NCBI GenBank assembly: GCA_031411295.1
Contig: JANOAV010000027.1
Span: forward strand, 1-33,551
Direction: 5' to 3'
DNA: 33,551 nucleotides
Origin: Verrucomicrobiales bacterium
GTDB lineage: Bacteria; Verrucomicrobiota; Verrucomicrobiia; Verrucomicrobiales; V1-33
Made by a program: the position numbers and the translations under genes. This document shows, piece by piece, positions 27,370-33,551 of this stretch. Each line of letters starts with the position of its first letter. The stretch's first letter is position 1. The notes beneath the pieces are model-generated. The model was not told the DNA's origin. It did no database searches and saw only the letters and a program-made list of their open reading frames with translations.

Positions 27370-28356
27370 ATGCGCATTCTCGTCCTCCAACTGAAGCGAA
27401 TTGGCGATGCCATCCTCACGGCCCCTGCCTTGGGGGCCTTGCGTGCGGCTTTGCCGGAAGCGGAAATTTCATTGGTGCTGGCCGGGGCCGCGGCCTCGCT
27501 GGGTCGGGCGTTTGCCATGGCTGATCGGACGCTCACCTACGCCTCCGGAAAGGATGCGCGGAATTGCTGGCGCCAGGCGTTAACGGGAAAATTCGATGCG
27601 GTGCTGGATTTCTCCGGCACGGATCGATCCGCCGCGCTCACTGGAATCAGCCGGGCTAAATATCGCGTTGCCTACGCCAAGGACGCCAAGAATTGGCTCC
27701 GCAAACGGGCCTACAACACGCTGAGCGATGCCTCCGTGCGGAATTTGCACACGATCGACCTGCACCAGGCCCTGGTGACCCGCCTCCTGGAGGAAATGAA
27801 AATTTCCCCCATTCCCACCGTCAAAGACTACGGCCACCTGACCTTGCCGCCGGATCTGGCCCCGCCTGCGCTACCGAATCCCTACATCGTGGTCCATCCC
27901 GGCACGGCCCGAGCGGAGAAATATTGGCCCGCAGAGCGCTGGATCGAAGTCATCCGCCACCTCCAGGAAACCCATCATTTACCCGTCGTGCTCACTGGCA
28001 GCAACGATGCCGACGAACTCGTCCACCTGCGCGCCATCACCGACGGCTGCCATGTGCACGCCAATTTTGCCGGCCAATTCTCCCTCCTGCAACTGGCCTC
28101 CACCATCGCCAACTCTTGCATGGTGCTGGGGGTGGATTCCGCTGCCATGCACCTGGCTGCGGCCTTCCAGCGACCCCAGATCGCCCTCTTCGGCCCCACC
28201 AATCCCTACCACTGGCAACCCCGCCACTCCAAGGCCAAACTCCTCCTGGCCGGCCCCGAGGAATCGCCCACCACCACGCCAAAACACGCCAAATTCCCCA
28301 TGACGGACCTCCCCACCGCCCGCGTCCTGCGGGCCGTGGATTCGCTGATGGGTTAA
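27370..28356 (+). CDS. Glycosyltransferase family 9 (heptosyltransferase-like)
   Basis: ILVLQLKRIGDAILTAP, VVHPGT..KYWP, GVDSAAMHLAAA, IALFGPTNP. Confidence 0.9.
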   Translation: MRILVLQLKRIGDAILTAPALGALRAALPEAEISLVLAGAAASLGRAFAMADRTLTYASGKDARNCWRQALTGKFDAVLDFSGTDRSAALTGISRAKYRVAYAKDAKNWLRKRAYNTLSDASVRNLHTIDLHQALVTRLLEEMKISPIPTVKDYGHLTLPPDLAPPALPNPYIVVHPGTARAEKYWPAERWIEVIRHLQETHHLPVVLTGSNDADELVHLRAITDGCHVHANFAGQFSLLQLASTIANSCMVLGVDSAAMHLAAAFQRPQIALFGPTNPYHWQPRHSKAKLLLAGPEESPTTTPKHAKFPMTDLPTARVLRAVDSLMG

Positions 28357-28423
28357 AGAACGTGGTGCTGCTGTCTCAGCAGCACTCTGGGGAGAAATGC
28401 TGATTAATCCGCCCCAGGCAAAG

Positions 28424-28517
28424 TTCTGGCATCCCTACCGGGATGCTTAGGTTGGTTTTGGATTCCGGGGGTATCGCTGCGCTCAACCAGCTAATTTTTG
28501 AGATGCCTACCGGCATC
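28424..28517 (-). repeat. REP/MITE-like palindromic element
   Basis: Minus strand gatgccggtaggcatc / aaattagc / gcatcccggtagggatgc; same family as 20413 and 20698. Confidence 0.65.
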
Positions 28518-28526
28518 AACCCGAAG

Positions 28527-28575
28527 TGGCGGAAATCATGCAAGGTGATGGGTTCACGCCAAACTAGAACAAGCG
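28527..28575 (+). repeat. 49-bp direct repeat, left copy
   Basis: tggcggaaatcatgcaaggtgatgggttcacgccaaactAgaacaagcg; one mismatch to 33346-33394. Confidence 0.92.
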
Positions 28576-29257
28576 CACGAATCCCGCTTGTAAGCGGAGG
28601 ATCAGGCTCAGCGTCCCCACCCTGCCACGGATCGTGTTGCTCCGCTTAAAAGCGCTAAAAGTGGGACTCCAACTCATAGCGCAGTAGGCGCCTCCCGAGG
28701 GGTGCTCCCATCAGGTTGATTGATGCGAACCACTAGCTCTCCTTGCTCGTGTTTGGCCAAATGGAATCCTGACTGGGCAATATCGCTCGGAGGCGTAGTC
28801 TCTGGGAAATCAGGGTATATTTTCTCTTCTCTGTCTGCGCTTGGGTTTTTTTCTAATCTCACTTCGTGACCCCATTTCGGAAATTAACGAAGGAAACCTG
28901 CAATAATCCGCAGCCAAGAAAAATCTTGGCAACTCGACTAGACGGAGCTATGCTGGCAAATAATAAAAATCCACCATGAACTAGCATATCATCCCGTGCA
29001 GAACATCAAAATTGACCCCACGAGGCAACGGAACCACTGCCACTTTTTTACCATTCATGCATCCTGCCCCCCTCTCCTCCTAGCCCTCTCACTCCCCGAT
29101 TCCGAATCCCCTCCGAACCAACGCCGCCCTGAAAAAGCAAATTCGATAGAATGTGTATAGTTAGCATCGGAGTGAGTCGTCAGAATTTTCGCCCTCATTC
29201 CATTTCGCTCCTGCCTTGAAACCGCCGGCACACTTCAATACAAAAAGCGACTTAACA

Positions 29258-30244
29258 ATGCCCACCTTCATAGGTCACCATCGCACTCGATCATCGGAGT
29301 GGCATAAGGCAAACGAGGTTTCCGCAGGGCTCCTTAGCGCCCTCGAAACTATCGAAGGATCGCTTTGGTTGATTGCTGGTGGCCGAATTCCGCTTGCACT
29401 ATTATTGTTGCAAACTAGCATTGAGTTAGCCTTCAAGGCTGAATTGGAAAGAATTCATCCAATTCTAACCGCAGACATAAAGAGCTTAGACTACAAGGCT
29501 CTAAAGAGTCTTGTTAAAATCGAATTTCTGAAACATCCGATGGGTGCTGCACAGTCGGTCCAAGACTTTGATGTCGCAAAAACAATATCATTCGAGGCGT
29601 CAATGAACCGAGTCCAAGACCTTTATCCGTCAATCGCAAGCTGGAACGATCGACTCAAAAAGTCTTATGAGTTTCGCAATGCAATTACGCATCACGGCTC
29701 GGAAGCAGCGCGCATAACCGATTATTCAAAAACGATAGCAACTATCTTGTTGCCGTTTATGGACTTTTTCTTTAATGAGATTGGCTCACTATCTTTGCGC
29801 GCAATCGTGACGGAGCCCGTTTACAAACAGATACTCGTGGCGAAAGGTGTTGCAGAGCGCTTGGATCGCGAAGGCACGCCGACAGGAAGCTATGTTTTGA
29901 AAACAATCGGCCATCAGCTACTTTATATGAACGTGGATTGGCCGAAATCTTCAGATGTGACTGGTCTTGATGATGGAGATCAGGATTTTCAACTCGCCCA
30001 AAATCTCCGAATGTTCCTGGAAAAAGAATGGGGCGGGAATTTCATCAATACCTCATGTCGAATTTGTGATTCATGTGATCTTTTTGTTCGGGTAGAGGTC
30101 CATGCAAATCAGCTAGTCATTTTGGCGGCCCAATGTCCGCATTGCGGGTTGCGCATCAATGAAGAGGAGAAATACTTGGCTGCATTTCACATAGGTGATC
30201 TGAGCGAAGAGGAGAAGCAAGGATTCCTTGCCGACCTTCATTAA
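29258..30244 (+). CDS. HEPN-like protein with C-terminal zinc ribbon, candidate defence RNase
   Basis: ALLLLQTSIELAFKA helix, RNAITH (RxxxxH), CRIC...CPHC; AT-rich. Confidence 0.7.
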   Translation: MPTFIGHHRTRSSEWHKANEVSAGLLSALETIEGSLWLIAGGRIPLALLLLQTSIELAFKAELERIHPILTADIKSLDYKALKSLVKIEFLKHPMGAAQSVQDFDVAKTISFEASMNRVQDLYPSIASWNDRLKKSYEFRNAITHHGSEAARITDYSKTIATILLPFMDFFFNEIGSLSLRAIVTEPVYKQILVAKGVAERLDREGTPTGSYVLKTIGHQLLYMNVDWPKSSDVTGLDDGDQDFQLAQNLRMFLEKEWGGNFINTSCRICDSCDLFVRVEVHANQLVILAAQCPHCGLRINEEEKYLAAFHIGDLSEEEKQGFLADLH

Positions 30245-30423
30245 ATTTATCTGACTCGTATTAATGCACCAGTCAAGTTGGCGCGTATTGCCACACCCCA
30301 CAGTCACCAATTCCGACCCACCGTCCAATCCCGCACTGATAAAGCAAATTACTATCAAAAACATCTGGACATTTAATGGGGAATCCGCACATTCAACACG
30401 ATTCTCAACCCCATTCCTCCATC

Positions 30424-32043
30424 ATGATTAAGAAAGCTAACGAAACCAAGCTGGCACCCGTTCTCCTCGCCTTCCTCGTGATCCTTGTCGTCCCTGCGTA
30501 TGGGGAGGTTCCACACATCATCAACTACCAAGGTCGAGTTGCGGTCGGCACTACGAACTTCGACGGCTCCGGCACTTTCAAGTTTTCCTTTGTCGATGCC
30601 GCTGGCACCACCGCATACTGGAGCAATGACGGTTCATTATCACTCACCCCCGGTGCTATCACGCCAGAGAGCCAACCCGCAGCAGCAGTCAGCCTCGTTG
30701 TCACGAAGGGCCTCTACTCGGTGCTCCTTGGCGACCTCACCTTGGCGAACATGACAGCAATTCCAAATTCGGTCTTCGTCAACTCCGACGTGCGCATGCG
30801 CATATGGTTCAATGACGGCACCCATGGATCGCAGCTGCTTACGCCCGACCAGCGCCTTGCTGCTGTGGGATATGCCATGGTTGCGTCCACTCTGCAATCG
30901 GGAGCAACCATCTCATCCAGCACCTCGGCGCCTGCTGCGTCAATATCGAACTCGACAGATAACCCTGCCGCCCTGTCGCTCTCCACCGAGTTCCGCACAT
31001 GGTGGGTGGGCCAAAACAAAGCGCCGGATGCGATTGGTGCTTCTGACCAGTTCTTTATTTACGACCAAAACGCGAGTGCTACGAGGCTGCGGATTGACAC
31101 CGCTGGAATCATCTATGGCAATGGTGCGGGACTGACGAACATCCCGGCGAGCGCAGTGACCGGCAATATTCCGGCAAATCAGATCTCGACATCGCCGCCC
31201 GGTATGGTCCTCATTCCAATGGAAACGTTCATGATGGGGAACAGCATCTTGGCGGATACGGACATCACGAACGCCACGCCCATTAGCACGACAGTGTCAA
31301 CCTTTTACATGGATGTGAACGAGGTGACGCTGAGCCAGTGGCAGTCGGTCTATTATTGGGCCAAAGACAATGGCTACACTGATCTCCCGGCAGGGAGCGG
31401 CAAGGGCCCGAATCATCCGGTTCACACGGTGAGCTGGTATTCACTGCTGAAGTGGTGCAACGCGCGTTCGGAGCAAGCGGGCAGAACACCGATATATTAC
31501 ACAAATGATGCCCAGACGACGATCTACAAAACGGGTAACATGAACGTTACTAACGCACAGGCGAAATGGGGAGCTAACGGGTATCGGCTCCCAACGGAGG
31601 CGGAATGGGAGAAGGCGGCTCGAGGTAGGTTGAATGGAAAACGGTTCCCGGGGGGGAACATTATTACTCAGAATCTGGCTAATTATTATGGCAACACAGC
31701 CACCTACACCTACGATTTGGGGCCGAATGGCTACAACGCAGTTGGGGGCATAGGGGGAACTTCACCCGCGACGAGCCCAGTAGGATCGTTTGCGCTGAAC
31801 GGATATGGCCTGAACGACATAGTGGGAAATGTGTTCGAGTGGTGTTGGGATTGGTATGGGACGCCGTATGCCGGGGGCACCGATCCGAAAGGGCCTGCTA
31901 CTGGCTCCCGCCGCGTGATCCGTGGCAGTAATTGGGGCAGCAGCGCCAGCGACGCGCGCTGCGCCTATCGCAGTCATGACACCCCGAACCTCGCCACTTA
32001 CAGCGTTGGTTTCCGGGCTGTCCTAACCCCAGGTCAACCATAA
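30424..32043 (+). CDS. Secreted FGE-sulfatase/SUMF1 (C-type lectin fold) domain protein
   Basis: Signal peptide, VPHIINYQGRV start; FYMDVNEVT, HPVHTVSW, GYRLPTEAEWEKAARG, NGYGLNDIVGNVFEWCWD, GFR. Confidence 0.9.
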   Translation: MIKKANETKLAPVLLAFLVILVVPAYGEVPHIINYQGRVAVGTTNFDGSGTFKFSFVDAAGTTAYWSNDGSLSLTPGAITPESQPAAAVSLVVTKGLYSVLLGDLTLANMTAIPNSVFVNSDVRMRIWFNDGTHGSQLLTPDQRLAAVGYAMVASTLQSGATISSSTSAPAASISNSTDNPAALSLSTEFRTWWVGQNKAPDAIGASDQFFIYDQNASATRLRIDTAGIIYGNGAGLTNIPASAVTGNIPANQISTSPPGMVLIPMETFMMGNSILADTDITNATPISTTVSTFYMDVNEVTLSQWQSVYYWAKDNGYTDLPAGSGKGPNHPVHTVSWYSLLKWCNARSEQAGRTPIYYTNDAQTTIYKTGNMNVTNAQAKWGANGYRLPTEAEWEKAARGRLNGKRFPGGNIITQNLANYYGNTATYTYDLGPNGYNAVGGIGGTSPATSPVGSFALNGYGLNDIVGNVFEWCWDWYGTPYAGGTDPKGPATGSRRVIRGSNWGSSASDARCAYRSHDTPNLATYSVGFRAVLTPGQP

Positions 32044-32315
32044 GCTGCGGCGGGTCGGATCGGAGCGCGAAACGAAAAAGTGAGGTGGACGAGTGCAGGA
32101 CACAAAGCGGCGATTGAAAATCAAGCTTACGAAATTAGAAGAGGAAGGCCGCGCAGTTGGTCGAAATTATTTGTGAAAATGCCACAGAACACCGATGGAA
32201 CTGAAACTCCTTGTCGTGCCAAATCAAAAACCTCCGCGAATTGGAAGCCGAGATGAACAACTTCCTCCCGACCCCTCAAAGATGGAACACTGAATCAAAA
32301 AAAGCAAAAATCGCC

Positions 32316-33233
32316 ATGAACTCCATCAAGCTTTGTCGTAGCTCGCAGTCCATCAGTTTAACTCTGCTGTTCTTTGCTGCCACCGCTCAAGCAGGCACGC
32401 GCACCAGCACGAACTACATTGTTTCCTCCGACACCACGGATGGGGGCGGCAAACGTGCGACCAGCACAAACTACACGAACGACGGTAGCGCCGGCGGAAT
32501 CGTGGGCATCTCCACCGTGGCCACCCCCGCCGAGACTGTAAAGGGCGGCTACGTCGCGCAACTATACGATGTGAGCGGACTAACGCTAACCGCCGTCACG
32601 CTCGACGTGAACGAAATCGGCACCAACCAACTCGCCGCGTGGCAGGCGCTGGATGATCTATCCCTGCTCGCGGTTCCTGTAGGGAGTGTGACTTGGAGTG
32701 TGCCCAGCGGTCCGCTGACCATTAATGCCAGTGGTCTAGCCGAAGGCGGTGCAGTGTTTCGGAACACCGCGGCCATGGCCCAAGGCATCTATGCCGGAAA
32801 CACCGGGACACTAAGCTTAACCGTTATTAACACGATGTTTGACAACTTCGGCAGCTACGCAGACGATAGCCTCGAAGACGCTTGGCAGGTGCAATACTTT
32901 GGCCTGAACAATCCGCTCGCAGCGCCCGGAGTGGATTCCGACCAGGATGGGTTCGACAACCAATTTGAGTTCGCCGCCGGGACCGTTCCCACGGATCCGG
33001 CATCAGTCTTTCACTGGCGGATGGAATCGGTTTCCGGACAGATCCGCCTCGTTTTCAGTCCGCGTTTCACCGACCGCACTTACACAGTAAAGACGAGCAC
33101 TAGCCTGCAGTCCGCGACCTGGATCCCCCTCAATGGTGCCATCGTCACCGACAACGGCAACGAACGCACTGTGACGACCCCTAGCACAGCGGGGCAACGG
33201 ATGTTTTACAAGGTGGAAGTCAGCAAACCCTGA
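32316..33233 (+). CDS. Secreted protein with TSP3-like repeat
   Basis: Signal peptide (ATAQA); DAWQVQYFG..DSDQDGFDNQFEFAAGTVPTDP; C-terminal RMFYKVEV. Confidence 0.8.
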   Translation: MNSIKLCRSSQSISLTLLFFAATAQAGTRTSTNYIVSSDTTDGGGKRATSTNYTNDGSAGGIVGISTVATPAETVKGGYVAQLYDVSGLTLTAVTLDVNEIGTNQLAAWQALDDLSLLAVPVGSVTWSVPSGPLTINASGLAEGGAVFRNTAAMAQGIYAGNTGTLSLTVINTMFDNFGSYADDSLEDAWQVQYFGLNNPLAAPGVDSDQDGFDNQFEFAAGTVPTDPASVFHWRMESVSGQIRLVFSPRFTDRTYTVKTSTSLQSATWIPLNGAIVTDNGNERTVTTPSTAGQRMFYKVEVSKP

Positions 33234-33345
33234 CTCTCGGCAATGAAGGCAAAAGGGGCCAAGCCTAATATACACTTGCGTAAGTTGATTCTCCATGGCG
33301 GAAAAGGGGTCCCTGCGGAAAGGAGGACAAGTGTCACCACCCGGC

Positions 33346-33394
33346 TGGCGGAAATCATGCAAGGTGATGGGTTCACGCCAAACTGGAACAAGCG
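33346..33394 (+). repeat. 49-bp direct repeat, right copy
   Basis: Matches 28527-28575 at 48 of 49 positions. Confidence 0.92.
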
Positions 33395-33551
33395 TTGGCG
33401 TCCCCCTTTTAAGCCAATGCCTTTAAGGATTCAAAAATATCTGGAATTCTGTAATTTCCCATGGCGCCCTGCCAGCTTCTGATGGATTGGGCGGATGCCC
33501 CATAACTCCCTGCCGCTTCCCGCATTCTTTTCCAATTTCGCCGCAGCCTTT

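Noticed and set aside
26569..27390. 273-aa minus-strand hydrophobic ORF
   Set aside because: Antisense of the charged low-complexity gene; the terminator supports the plus strand.
28564..29022. Degenerate attC-like pieces (CTAGAAC..cacgaatc/gatcgtg at 28564-28640; minus-strand GTTCTGC end at 28998-29022) around short ORFs
   Set aside because: Each lacks its partner box and the enclosed ORFs are short and in different frames; a decayed cassette is possible but not supportable.
33003..33482. Short ORFs around the right 49-bp repeat
   Set aside because: No motifs; they overlap a real gene or the repeat.

Overview
This looks like a bacterial chromosome segment, most likely Verrucomicrobiota (inferred from a PEP-CTERM protein, a PSD/PSCyt cytochrome-domain protein, TSP3-repeat secreted proteins and the style of the attC site). 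A GC-rich backbone carries a mazF-type TA pair, rnd, a GIDE-LemA fusion, sixA, gdhA, a PhnP-like MBL hydrolase, DUF3592 and a GT9. Two accessory regions interrupt it. Region 1 (about 11.8-24.8 kb) contains four direct copies of a 70-140 bp element with a conserved promoter-like motif, which split it into stacked modules. The modules are: a probable polymorphic toxin with immunity-like genes and an orphan LLPVE/LIPVE anchor; a 21-bp-phased palindromic TGTC-N10-GACA array beside a helical+FN3-like gene; an integrase-less integron fragment (core site, cassette, canonical attC, truncated second cassette); and a tightly packed array of AT-rich exported proteins. Region 2 (about 28.5-33.4 kb) is bracketed by a 49-bp direct repeat and holds a HEPN-like gene and an FGE/SUMF1 lectin-fold gene whose 3' end looks like a DGR variable region. 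I recognised no recombinase, reverse transcriptase, tRNA, rRNA or CRISPR array. All family calls come from reading motifs, not from searches.
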